From contig JAZNND010000039.1 of NCBI GenBank assembly GCA_045580085.1, positions 11,387-75,386 on the forward strand: 64,000 nt of DNA. Reading direction: 5' to 3'. A program made the translations under genes and the position numbers. The notes under the pieces were generated by a model. That model made no database searches and had not been told where the DNA came from. It saw only the letters and a list, made by a program, of their open reading frames with translations. Numbering within the stretch: the first letter of the stretch is position 1; each line of letters opens with the position of its first letter. This stretch comes from Eubacteriales bacterium (GTDB lineage Bacteria; Bacillota; Clostridia; Oscillospirales; CAG-272). Of this stretch, positions 25,199-34,018 are shown one piece after another.

Positions 25199-25705
25199 AT
25201 GAAAATTCAGATCATCGGCTACAGCGGCAGCGGAAAATCCACACTTGCACGAAAGCTGGCGGATTTTTACGGCATTCCTTGCTTGCATCTTGATTGCGTG
25301 CAGTTTTACGGCAATTGGCAGGAACGGACCAAGCAAGAGCAGACAGAAATCGTGCGGCGCTTTTTGGCGGAGAACGAGTCTTGGGTGATCGACGGAAATT
25401 ATACGCGTGTTGCCACCGAGCGTTTTTCCATGAGCGATTTGACGGTCTATTTGAACTATAACCGCTTTTATTGCTACCGCAAGGCGAAAGAACGCTATCA
25501 CACCTATAAGGGGCGTGCGAGAGAATCCTGCCCTTGTGATGAAAAGTTTGATTTCACCTTTCAAAAATGGTTGCTTTGGTCCGGGCGGCGGAAAGAACGG
25601 CGCAAAAGAAATCTTGCCAATTTAGCGGCTTGCGCAGGCGAAAAAAAGATGTTCCGCAATGTCAAAGAGCTTTCGGCTTGGCTTAAGGAGATCGGTTGCG
25701 AATGA
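25199..25705 (+). CDS. P-loop kinase-fold protein (topology-modulation FlaR-like / adenylate-kinase family)
   Basis: 168 aa. 'IIGYSGSGKSTLARKLA' is a Walker A motif. Confidence 0.65.
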   Translation: MKIQIIGYSGSGKSTLARKLADFYGIPCLHLDCVQFYGNWQERTKQEQTEIVRRFLAENESWVIDGNYTRVATERFSMSDLTVYLNYNRFYCYRKAKERYHTYKGRARESCPCDEKFDFTFQKWLLWSGRRKERRKRNLANLAACAGEKKMFRNVKELSAWLKEIGCE

Positions 25706-25706
25706 G

Positions 25707-26414
25707 TTAGGGTGTTTCGTCGGTGTCAAAAACGGCACGGTCGATCTGCTCCAATGTGCTCAGCGTATATGTAGCGCGGATGCCGCGTTTGCTTTTGTCG
25801 CACAAAAAGACCGACATGCGGGCGTGCGCGAGCATGCGTTCGCGCAGATAGTTTTCCTCCGCGTTCGAGTCCGAGATGATGCCGTCCGCATCAAGCGCTT
25901 GCGAAGAGAAAAAGAGGATATCGGCGGTGAGTTTTTCTAATGCGCGATACGTCTCTTCTCCCGTCAAAGCTGCCGAGCCGTTTTTCGAAGAACCGCCGAG
26001 CACATGGGTATGAATGCCGAGCTCAATGGCAGACAGCGCGGTCAAAAGGCTGTTGGTATAAAGGGTGACGGTTTTGTATTTGGCAATGTGCGGCAACAGA
26101 AAAGCGGCGGTGGTGGAACCGTCCAAGAGAATCGTTTGCCCTTCCGACAGATATACGGCGGCTTTTTGCGCGATCAGCCTTTTTGCCGCCGTGTTTTGGT
26201 TCATACGGCTGTTGAGCGAGGGAACGCGGTCAATGAGGTCGGCGAGTGAGGCACCGCCGTGGGTGCGGTGCACCAAATGCTTTTTTTCAAGCGCGGCAAG
26301 ATCGCGGCGGATGCTGGATTCTGAGGTGTAGGTGATCTTGGCAAGCGATTTTACGGTCATAAAAACATGTTCTTTTAAAAGTGTGAGTATTTGTTCGTGT
26401 CTTTCCTTGCTCAT
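25707..26414 (-). CDS. DeoR family transcriptional regulator
   Basis: 235 aa from the ATG at 26414. 'MSKERHEQILTLLKEHVFMTVKSLAKITYTSESSIRRDLAALEK' is a DeoR HTH, followed by a sugar-phosphate-binding C-domain. Confidence 0.85.
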   Translation of the reverse strand: MSKERHEQILTLLKEHVFMTVKSLAKITYTSESSIRRDLAALEKKHLVHRTHGGASLADLIDRVPSLNSRMNQNTAAKRLIAQKAAVYLSEGQTILLDGSTTAAFLLPHIAKYKTVTLYTNSLLTALSAIELGIHTHVLGGSSKNGSAALTGEETYRALEKLTADILFFSSQALDADGIISDSNAEENYLRERMLAHARMSVFLCDKSKRGIRATYTLSTLEQIDRAVFDTDETP

Positions 26415-26478
26415 ATATATACCTTTCTGCTCAAATAGTTGCTTATATTTGCGCGTTTTTCGTTTTGTGCGCCATCTA

Positions 26479-26516
26479 TTGCGTGAAAACACGCATCACG
26501 CTATAATTATAGCGTG
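26479..26516 (+). promoter_or_regulatory. araD-operon promoter with a 20-bp perfect palindrome over the -10
   Basis: TTGCGT (26479-26484), 17 nt, TATAAT (26502-26507). The palindrome CACGCTATAATTATAGCGTG spans 26497-26516. Confidence 0.6.
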
Positions 26517-26573
26517 AGAAATTTCATTTGTCAATGAAAATATGAGAGCTTATTTGCGGAAGGGAAATACAAA

Positions 26574-27281
26574 ATGTTGGAAGAACTCAAAGAACGCGTA
26601 TGGCGCGGTAATCTTATGTTGCAAAAGGCGGGGCTGGTGACGCTGACGTGGGGTAATGCGTCCGCCGTTGACCGTGAGACGGGGCTCGTGGTGATCAAGC
26701 CTTCGGGTGTTTCTTATGAAGAAATGACTGCCGACGATATGGCGGTGGTGTCGCTCGACGGCGATGCCGTGGAAGGGCGTTATCGACCTTCTTCGGACAC
26801 CCCCACGCATTTGGCACTTTACCGTGCCTTTCCGACGCTCGGCGGTGTGGTGCATACCCATTCGCGCTTTGCTTGCGTGTTCGCGCAAAGCGGAAGAGAC
26901 ATTCCCGCCCTCGGTACAACGCACGCCGACGCTTTTTACGGTGATGTGCCTTGCACCCGCCCGATGACCGCGGAGCAGATCGGCGGGGCGTATGAGCTTG
27001 AGACCGGGCTCGCCATTGTTGAAACTTTCCGCGATAAGAGCGTAGAGAAGATTCCCGCCGCTTTGGTTTATTCGCACGGTCCGTTTACTTGGGGCGCAAG
27101 CGTTGAAAAAGCGGTGGAAAACGCCATCGTTTTGGAAGAGGTGGCACAAATGGCGTGGCATACGCTTATGCTAAATCCGGGCATCCGCTTGAGTACGGCT
27201 CTCGCCGATAAGCACTATTTTCGCAAGCATGGCGAAGGGGCTTATTACGGGCAAACGCGGAAAGGAACGGATGAAAAATGA
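26574..27281 (+). CDS. araD: L-ribulose-5-phosphate 4-epimerase
   Basis: 235 aa. '[27 protein letters not shown]' and 'HTHS' are class II aldolase/AraD signatures along the full length. Confidence 0.85.
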   Translation: MLEELKERVWRGNLMLQKAGLVTLTWGNASAVDRETGLVVIKPSGVSYEEMTADDMAVVSLDGDAVEGRYRPSSDTPTHLALYRAFPTLGGVVHTHSRFACVFAQSGRDIPALGTTHADAFYGDVPCTRPMTAEQIGGAYELETGLAIVETFRDKSVEKIPAALVYSHGPFTWGASVEKAVENAIVLEEVAQMAWHTLMLNPGIRLSTALADKHYFRKHGEGAYYGQTRKGTDEK

Positions 27282-28519
27282 GAATAGACGCACAACGCTA
27301 CAGCGGCACTTGTAGTTGCGGAAAAAGCCACGAAATGCAAACAAAGCTTTGTATTATTGAGGAAAACTGTTTAAAAGATCTTTTCCTTTATGTGCAAAGC
27401 GTGGGACTAAAAGGGAAGGCGTGCGCGGTGTTTGATACCAATACCCATGCCGCTGTTCGAGGGAAAATGCCGCAAGCGGAGCATGAGGTTGTTTTACCGC
27501 AAGAAGGTTTGCATGCTGATGAGCACGGTGTGGCACTCCTAACGGAGCGTTTGCCGACGGACTGTGCCTACTTGATCGCGGTCGGTTCGGGTACGGTGCA
27601 TGACATCGTGCGCTACACCGCATATCAAAAGGAGATTCCCTTTGTTTCCTGCCCCACGGCGGCGAGTGTGGACGGTTTTTGCTCCTCGGTTGCGGCTATG
27701 ACGTGGGAGGGCGCGAAGAAAACCTTAAAAGCAATTTCCCCAATTTTGGCGGTGGCGGACCTTTCGGTCATCAAATCTGCCCCCGCGCGCCTTTCGAGAT
27801 CGGGATTTGGCGATATGATCGGGAAATTTATTGCGCTTGCGGATTGGAAAATCGGAAAAATCTTAAAAAATGAGTTTTATTGTGAGCGTATCGCCTCTTT
27901 GACCGAAGGGGCAACGAAAGCGGTATTGGACGCGGCATGGGGGCTTGCCCGTTCGGAGACGGCGGCGTATGAAAAGCTGATGTATGGGCTTTTGCTCTCG
28001 GGGCTTGCCATGCAAATGCTGGGCAATTCCCGCCCTGCGTCCGGCGCGGAACACCACATTTCTCATTTGATTGAAACCGCGCCTATGTCGCTCGGCATTT
28101 CTTCCGATGCCTTGCACGGAGAAAAGGTGGGCGTGGCTACGCTTCTTGCGGCGGAGGAATATCACCGCCTTTCTCTTGAGGGGCTTGCGCTGCCCGATTA
28201 TCGGGAAACTTCAAAGGCGGAACTTTGGGCTTTGTTCGGGGAAGGACTTGGGGCGCAGCTTTGGCGCGAAAACAAAAACGATGCCGCCTTGGGTATTCGT
28301 TTTGCCGATATTGCCGCGCATCGGGATGACATTTGCGCCGTTATCGCTCAAATTCCCAATAAGGAGATGCTTTTGCCCCTTTACGAGCGTTTGGGGGCTC
28401 TTACCTCGCTTTCGTCGATTGGCGTTGCAGAGGGTAAAAGGGAGCTTCTTTTGACGCTTTCGCCTTTGGTACGCAACCGCCTTACTTTGATGCGTTTGCG
28501 ACGGTCTTTGTTTATTTAA
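27278..28519 (+). CDS. Iron-containing alcohol dehydrogenase family, sn-glycerol-1-phosphate dehydrogenase (AraM)-like
   Basis: 413 aa with a 4-nt ATGA overlap with araD. '[13 protein letters not shown]' and 'SGAEHHISH' are metal/NAD motifs. Confidence 0.65.
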   Translation: MRIDAQRYSGTCSCGKSHEMQTKLCIIEENCLKDLFLYVQSVGLKGKACAVFDTNTHAAVRGKMPQAEHEVVLPQEGLHADEHGVALLTERLPTDCAYLIAVGSGTVHDIVRYTAYQKEIPFVSCPTAASVDGFCSSVAAMTWEGAKKTLKAISPILAVADLSVIKSAPARLSRSGFGDMIGKFIALADWKIGKILKNEFYCERIASLTEGATKAVLDAAWGLARSETAAYEKLMYGLLLSGLAMQMLGNSRPASGAEHHISHLIETAPMSLGISSDALHGEKVGVATLLAAEEYHRLSLEGLALPDYRETSKAELWALFGEGLGAQLWRENKNDAALGIRFADIAAHRDDICAVIAQIPNKEMLLPLYERLGALTSLSSIGVAEGKRELLLTLSPLVRNRLTLMRLRRSLFI

Positions 28520-28555
28520 AAAGGAGGGGCTGTCTTTCGACAGCCCGTAGAGAAG

Positions 28556-29245
28556 ATGATTTTTTTAACAGGTGATATTCACGGAGAGCTTGAGCGTTTT
28601 TATCGCTTGGAGAGCGCGGACGGCAGACGTCCCGGCGAGGGCGATTACGTGATTGTGTGCGGGGATTTCGGCTTGGTGTTTCAAACCGAGGGCACGATGG
28701 GGTACATCGAGGAACGGCGGCGTGTTGCCGAAATCGAGAAAATGCCCTTTACGGTGCTTTTTGTGGACGGAAACCATGAAAATTTTTACCGTTTGAATCG
28801 GTATCCCAAGGAACACTGGCAGGGAGGGACTGTACACCGCGTCTCGTCCAATATTCTTCATTTGATGCGCGGTGAGATCTATCACATCGAGGGCAAGACG
28901 TTTTTTGCCATGGGCGGTGCTTACAGCCGCGACAAGCAGATGCGTTTGGAAGGGCTCAGTTGGTGGGAAGAAGAGCTTCCCTCGGAGAAGGAGTATAAGA
29001 ACGCCGAACGGAATTTGAGAGATGCGGGGATGAAGGTGGATGTGGTGCTTTCTCATCAAGCACCGCGTGAGATCATTCGCCGCATGGGCAGATATCCGGA
29101 CCGACACGATGCAGAGCTGACGGGGTTTCTCGAATGGGTGATGTATGAAGTAACGTTTGAAAAATGGTTTTTCGGTCACTGGCACGGCGATAAGGAAATT
29201 CCGCCAAAGTTTCGGCTTTTATGGTTTGATACTGTGGTAGTATAA
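28556..29245 (+). CDS. Calcineurin-like metallophosphoesterase
   Basis: 229 aa. Motifs GDIHG, CGDFG, GNHEN and GHWHG are present. Confidence 0.8.
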   Translation: MIFLTGDIHGELERFYRLESADGRRPGEGDYVIVCGDFGLVFQTEGTMGYIEERRRVAEIEKMPFTVLFVDGNHENFYRLNRYPKEHWQGGTVHRVSSNILHLMRGEIYHIEGKTFFAMGGAYSRDKQMRLEGLSWWEEELPSEKEYKNAERNLRDAGMKVDVVLSHQAPREIIRRMGRYPDRHDAELTGFLEWVMYEVTFEKWFFGHWHGDKEIPPKFRLLWFDTVVV

Positions 29246-29291
29246 AAAAAGCTGTTTGAGACGCTTTTGGCGATACTCAAACAGCTTTTTT
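29244..29291. terminator. Bidirectional terminator
   Basis: aaaaaaaGCTGTTTGAG-15 nt-CTCAAACAGCtttttt between convergent genes. Confidence 0.8.
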
Positions 29292-29292
29292 C

Positions 29293-30513
29293 TTATGCGC
29301 CGAGTCGCTTTTCGAGGCGAGCACGGATGGCTTTGATAAATTCGTCGGAGTTGACGGCGGTGGCGGTGTAACCCTCACTGACAAGGCCGACCAAGTCCTT
29401 GGTCATGATGCCGTCATTCAAGGTGTCGATGCAAGCAGCTTCCAGCGCATTGGCGAAGTTGACAAGATCGGCAAGAGAGTCCATCTCACCTCTTTTGCGC
29501 AGAGCTCCCGACCATGCATAAATGGTGGCGATGGGGTTGGTGGAGGTGCTTTCGCCCTTTAAGTAACGGTAGTAGTGGCGAGTAACGGTACCGTGTGCCG
29601 CTTCGTATTCATAATTTCCGTCGGGCGAAACGAGCACCGAGGTCATCATGGCAAGAGAGCCGAAGGCGGTGGAAACCATATCGCTCATGACGTCGCCATC
29701 GTAGTTCTTGCAAGCCCAAATGAAGCCGCCCTCACTGCGGATGACACGGGCGACAGCGTCATCGATCAAGGTGTAGAAATAAGTAATGCCTGCCTCTTCG
29801 AACTTTTCTTTATAGTCGGTGTCGAAAATTTCTTGGAAAATGAGCTTGAAGGTTTGATCGTATTGCTTGGAGATGGTGTCCTTGGTGGAGAACCAGAGAT
29901 CTTGCTTGGTATCAAGCGCGTATTTGAAGCAGGAGTGCGCGAAAGAACGAATGGAGGAATCCTTGTTGTAGGAGCCTTGGAGCACGCCGGGGCACTCAAA
30001 ATCGTAGACGGTTTCGCGGAAGGTTTCCTTGCCGTCCTTGTCGGTGAAAACGAGCTCGGCTTTTCCCTCGGCGGGAACGCGGTATTCGGTTGCTTTATAA
30101 ATGTCGCCGTAGGCGTGGCGGGCGATGGTGATGGGAGCTTTCCAAGAACGCACCGAGGGGCGGATGGAATCAATCAGAATGGGAGCGCGGAACACAGTTC
30201 CGTCCAAAATGGCACGGATGGTGCCGTTGGGGCTCTTCCACATCTCGGAAAGACCGTATTCCTCCACGCGCTGACGGTTGGGGGTGATGGTGGCACACTT
30301 GACCGCTACGCCGTATTTTTTGGTTGCGTAGGCGGAGTCAAAGGTCACTTGGTCTTTGGTTCTTTCTCTTTCGGGGAGACCTAGGTCATAATACTCGGTT
30401 TTGAGATCTACAAAGGGAAGAAGCAGGTCATCCTTGATCATCTTCCAGAGAATTCTGGTCATTTCATCGCCGTCCATTTCGACGAGGGGGGTGGTCATAC
30501 GAATCTTTTCCAT
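29293..30513 (-). CDS. icd: NADP-dependent isocitrate dehydrogenase (homodimeric IDH1-type)
   Basis: 406 aa. 'PLVEMDGDEMTRILW' and full-length similarity to eukaryote-like IDH. Confidence 0.9.
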   Translation of the reverse strand: MEKIRMTTPLVEMDGDEMTRILWKMIKDDLLLPFVDLKTEYYDLGLPERERTKDQVTFDSAYATKKYGVAVKCATITPNRQRVEEYGLSEMWKSPNGTIRAILDGTVFRAPILIDSIRPSVRSWKAPITIARHAYGDIYKATEYRVPAEGKAELVFTDKDGKETFRETVYDFECPGVLQGSYNKDSSIRSFAHSCFKYALDTKQDLWFSTKDTISKQYDQTFKLIFQEIFDTDYKEKFEEAGITYFYTLIDDAVARVIRSEGGFIWACKNYDGDVMSDMVSTAFGSLAMMTSVLVSPDGNYEYEAAHGTVTRHYYRYLKGESTSTNPIATIYAWSGALRKRGEMDSLADLVNFANALEAACIDTLNDGIMTKDLVGLVSEGYTATAVNSDEFIKAIRARLEKRLGA

Positions 30514-30549
30514 CGGAATATCCTTTCCATGTTTGTATCATTGTATACA

Positions 30550-30577
30550 ATTATACTCATTTTTTTGAATTTGTCAA
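30550..30577 (-). promoter_or_regulatory. icd promoter
   Basis: On the minus strand: TTGACA (30577-30572), 16 nt, TATAAT (30555-30550), followed by the palindrome TTGTATACAA (30541-30550). Confidence 0.6.
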
Positions 30578-30597
30578 GGGCTTTGCGGGGAATGCGT

Positions 30598-32523
30598 TTA
30601 TTTTGGAGCCTTTTTTTCTTTGGGGGGATTGGAAGCGGGAGAACGTTTGAAGAGCCTTTGCAAGAAGGTACCCGTGGGCGCGGTAAACTCGTCCGGCAGA
30701 AAGGAGATTTCCTCCGGCTCTTCACCGCCTTCGATTACAGGGAAGAGGGTGTTACTGATCGCAGCACTTTCTTTTTCACGCGGGAGCGTCAGGCGGAGCT
30801 TGGGGGCGAAAACAGCACCCATACGGAACATGATCTGTTCCAAATTGATTCTTTCAAGCAGAAACGCCATAATACCGCCCTCATCGATGAGACCGTCGCC
30901 GGCACTTCGAATAAGCTTTTCCACAAAATCAAAGCCGGGTGTTTCAAAGAGGGAGAGTGTCAGGCTACCGCCTTGCATGCGGAAAATAAGCCGCCTTGCA
31001 CAAGCGAGCTCGGGAAAGATCAGCGATATTTTGAGCGCGGGGGCGCGGTGTTCGTCGTAGCCCCATTCGTAAGCGGCGCGGACGCGATACGGTTCGCCCG
31101 AAACGCAGACGGTGTTTTCCGTATAACGGTGAGAGCCGATGGAAAGGGTATAGCTTTCTTTGCCTTCATCTAAGGTGAGCAAGAGGGCGTTTGAGGAGGC
31201 TTTTTGTAAGGAAACGTATGAAAGCCCCATGGTGTGATTGTTTTGTATCAGCCGCACGAGAAAAGGCAGGATGCCCGTATTGTTGGCGGAAACATGGTAT
31301 TTTTCGAAAATGCCGTGCTCTTCCAAATATTTTTGCCGTTCGTCTTCGTGGGGCAACGGCTCGGGTGAGAGCCAGGCGTAACGCCTGCCGAAATTCTTTT
31401 CGGCGCGGCGCAACCGTGCCGTGAGGAAGGGGGAGGAGAAAAGCTTCTTCTTGCCGCCGATCTCCGAGAGAATTTTGGCGGCAAGCTCTAAGGAGGCGGC
31501 GTCTTGAAAGACGCAAGAATCGCCCGCCGTCAAAGCAAGAACCGTTCGCGTGGCGGGGCAAACCAAGGTGTTTTGCCCTAACATGCCGTTTAAAAGAAAG
31601 TTTCCGTCCTCACTTACCCACACGTGATAGCCGTAGTGGTAGGGGGTGCCGAGTGTTTCGGGAACGCGGTTCTGAATCGAGCATGACTCTTTGAGCCAGT
31701 CCTCGGAGATGATACGGTATTTGCCGTATACGCCGCCGTCGAGCATCATTTGACCGATCTTTGCCATGCTTTCGGTGGAAAGATAGAGCCCCCAGCCGCC
31801 TTTTTCAATGCCCATCGGGCATTTTTCCCAAAAGAAATTGGTGATGCCCATCGGCGCAAACAGGCGCTTTGTGAGGTATTCGCTTAGGGAGCATTTTGCC
31901 ACGCGTGTGACCACGGCGGCGAGCATGTAGCTGTTCATGCTGTTGTAGGCAAATTTTGTGCCGGGAACAAAACGGCAAGAGGATTCAAAAAAGCCTTTTG
32001 CCCAGTTGGTTTCTACCGCTGCGCCCGCTTCGGCAAAGACGATGCCGCTTGACATGGTGAGCAAATGCTTTACCGTCAAAGAACGGATGCGGCGGGAAAG
32101 AAAAATGGGTTTGAACTCGGGAAAAAAGCGATAAATACGGTCTTCGAGTGTCAGCTTTCCTTCATCGATCAGCATGCCGACGGCAAGCCCCGTGACGGTT
32201 TTTGAAAAGGAAAAAGCGGCGTGCGGCATGCGCACATCGTATCCTTCCGCAGATGCGGAAAAAATCTCCTTGCCGTTTGCGAGCAAAAGCGCGCTGTGAA
32301 TATTGGCTTCGGGAGAGGTGGAAAGCGCATGCAGCAGTGCAAGCGTTTTGCGGCTGCAAAGACCTTCTCTCGCCGCAGAAGAACGGCGGAAGGCGGGGAA
32401 AGGATCGCGTTCCGTCAGTTCGGTTTTTTGAGGATAAAACGGGATCTTCGCAAAGTCCGTTTTCCCTTTTACCATGCCGTCGTAAAGAAGCTTGGCGGCG
32501 TTTGCAGTGTTTTTAAAATCCAT
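30598..32523 (-). CDS. Beta-lactamase-related serine hydrolase with a long C-terminal extension
   Basis: 641 aa. SxxK motif 'SFSKTVTG'. No signal peptide. Confidence 0.7.
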   Translation of the reverse strand: MDFKNTANAAKLLYDGMVKGKTDFAKIPFYPQKTELTERDPFPAFRRSSAAREGLCSRKTLALLHALSTSPEANIHSALLLANGKEIFSASAEGYDVRMPHAAFSFSKTVTGLAVGMLIDEGKLTLEDRIYRFFPEFKPIFLSRRIRSLTVKHLLTMSSGIVFAEAGAAVETNWAKGFFESSCRFVPGTKFAYNSMNSYMLAAVVTRVAKCSLSEYLTKRLFAPMGITNFFWEKCPMGIEKGGWGLYLSTESMAKIGQMMLDGGVYGKYRIISEDWLKESCSIQNRVPETLGTPYHYGYHVWVSEDGNFLLNGMLGQNTLVCPATRTVLALTAGDSCVFQDAASLELAAKILSEIGGKKKLFSSPFLTARLRRAEKNFGRRYAWLSPEPLPHEDERQKYLEEHGIFEKYHVSANNTGILPFLVRLIQNNHTMGLSYVSLQKASSNALLLTLDEGKESYTLSIGSHRYTENTVCVSGEPYRVRAAYEWGYDEHRAPALKISLIFPELACARRLIFRMQGGSLTLSLFETPGFDFVEKLIRSAGDGLIDEGGIMAFLLERINLEQIMFRMGAVFAPKLRLTLPREKESAAISNTLFPVIEGGEEPEEISFLPDEFTAPTGTFLQRLFKRSPASNPPKEKKAPK

Positions 32524-32574
32524 AACAGTACCGATACCTATTTAGATTTTTTTGTTTTTTTTGTAAAGATAAGA

Positions 32575-34002
32575 TTACAAAAGACGCATAAATGAAAGCG
32601 ACGCGGTGTGATCCTTCTCGGTAAGACGGAGATTTATGACATAGGGAGAGCCGATAAGGCGCAAGGTTGCGCAAAGGGTATTTGCGTTTTCAAAAAAGGC
32701 GGTGGAGGCGAGGATGGTGTCGTGCTTTTCGGTCGGATAGGGGAAGCGCGTTTTTTCTTTTTCTACCGTGGTTCTGATGGGGGAACGAAGACCGACGGCA
32801 ACCTTGACCGATTCACCGTCTTTTTCGAAAGAAAAGGTAAGGCTATCGGAGGTGTGGTATACGCTGAGGGTGTCATAGAGATCCGTTCCGACCAAACGGA
32901 AGGGCTCTTTTTCGAAAAAGGGCAGTGTGGGGGGGAGCGCGGAATAGCGCAAGGGAAGAGAAAGATCCTTTAAAAAGCGGGAGAGCTCCCTGCTGTCACA
33001 CGGCGGAAGGGGGTTCTTTGAAAGGCGCGAGAGGATTTTTTCATAAAAGGTGTCGAGAATATGCGGAATCTCAAAATAGTCGGCACCCGAAAGAACGGCG
33101 AAAACCAATTCCTCTTCGGGGAAAACGGCGCACATTTGCCCGTAAGCACCGCAAAAACGGAAGGAGCCGTGCCTGCCGCGCCAAAAATGTGTGGCGTAAC
33201 CTTCGCCCCAATCCGCGCCCGGCATGGGTGTGGTGTCGATGCGTTTTTCTACGGCTTTTTCCGCAAAGCCGAGAGGGAGGATTTGTTTGCCTCGGTATGC
33301 TCCGCCCAAGCGGAAGAGCTCTCCTAAGAGTGCGTAGTCCTCAACCGTCAGACGCACCCCGGCAAAGCCGAAAGAAATTCCGTCCTTATCCTTCCCGAAA
33401 GAAGGCGTTTTCATGCCAAGCGGCGCAAAAAGGCGGGGGGTGAGATACTCCTCCAAGGAAAGTCCTGTTTTTCGGGTAATCACGGCAGAAAGCAGATAGC
33501 TCGCTTCATTGTCGTAGGCAAAAATTTCGCCCGGCGCATGCACAAAGCGGCGCGCGAGGATGGCGCGCACACGCGAGAAGGGAGTGCCGTCCTCTTCGAG
33601 GGCGGCGACGGTATGCACCGCCTGCCCTTCCATGCCGAGACTCATGGAGATTAGGTGGGAAAGCTTTAGTTGGAAGAGCTCGGGTGCCGGGGCGACGGGC
33701 AAGAGATCGGGAAATATGTCCGCTACCTTTTCGTCCTCCGAAAGAATGCCTTCCGCTATGGCAAAGCCAACGGCGGTGCCGACGAACATTTTGGTACCCG
33801 AAAAGATTTCGTGTTCCTCTTCTATGCGGAAGGGCGAAAACGCGCCTTCGCAAACCAGCTTTCCGCGCCGTAAAAGCGCGAATGCGTGCACTTCTCGTTG
33901 GATGCCGCCGTCGGTGCAGGCACATAGAAATTCATAAATATCTTGTGTGCGGATGCCTGCCTCTTCGGGCGTGCATTTTTCAAATATGCTTTGGAATCTC
34001 AT
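32575..34002 (-). CDS. Beta-lactamase-related serine hydrolase (paralog)
   Basis: About 475 aa from the ATG at 34002 (the track GTG at 34035 would overlap the upstream gene). SxxK motif 'SGTKMF'. Confidence 0.65.
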   Translation of the reverse strand: MRFQSIFEKCTPEEAGIRTQDIYEFLCACTDGGIQREVHAFALLRRGKLVCEGAFSPFRIEEEHEIFSGTKMFVGTAVGFAIAEGILSEDEKVADIFPDLLPVAPAPELFQLKLSHLISMSLGMEGQAVHTVAALEEDGTPFSRVRAILARRFVHAPGEIFAYDNEASYLLSAVITRKTGLSLEEYLTPRLFAPLGMKTPSFGKDKDGISFGFAGVRLTVEDYALLGELFRLGGAYRGKQILPLGFAEKAVEKRIDTTPMPGADWGEGYATHFWRGRHGSFRFCGAYGQMCAVFPEEELVFAVLSGADYFEIPHILDTFYEKILSRLSKNPLPPCDSRELSRFLKDLSLPLRYSALPPTLPFFEKEPFRLVGTDLYDTLSVYHTSDSLTFSFEKDGESVKVAVGLRSPIRTTVEKEKTRFPYPTEKHDTILASTAFFENANTLCATLRLIGSPYVINLRLTEKDHTASLSFMRLL

Positions 34003-34018
34003 AAAAATCTCTTTTCGT

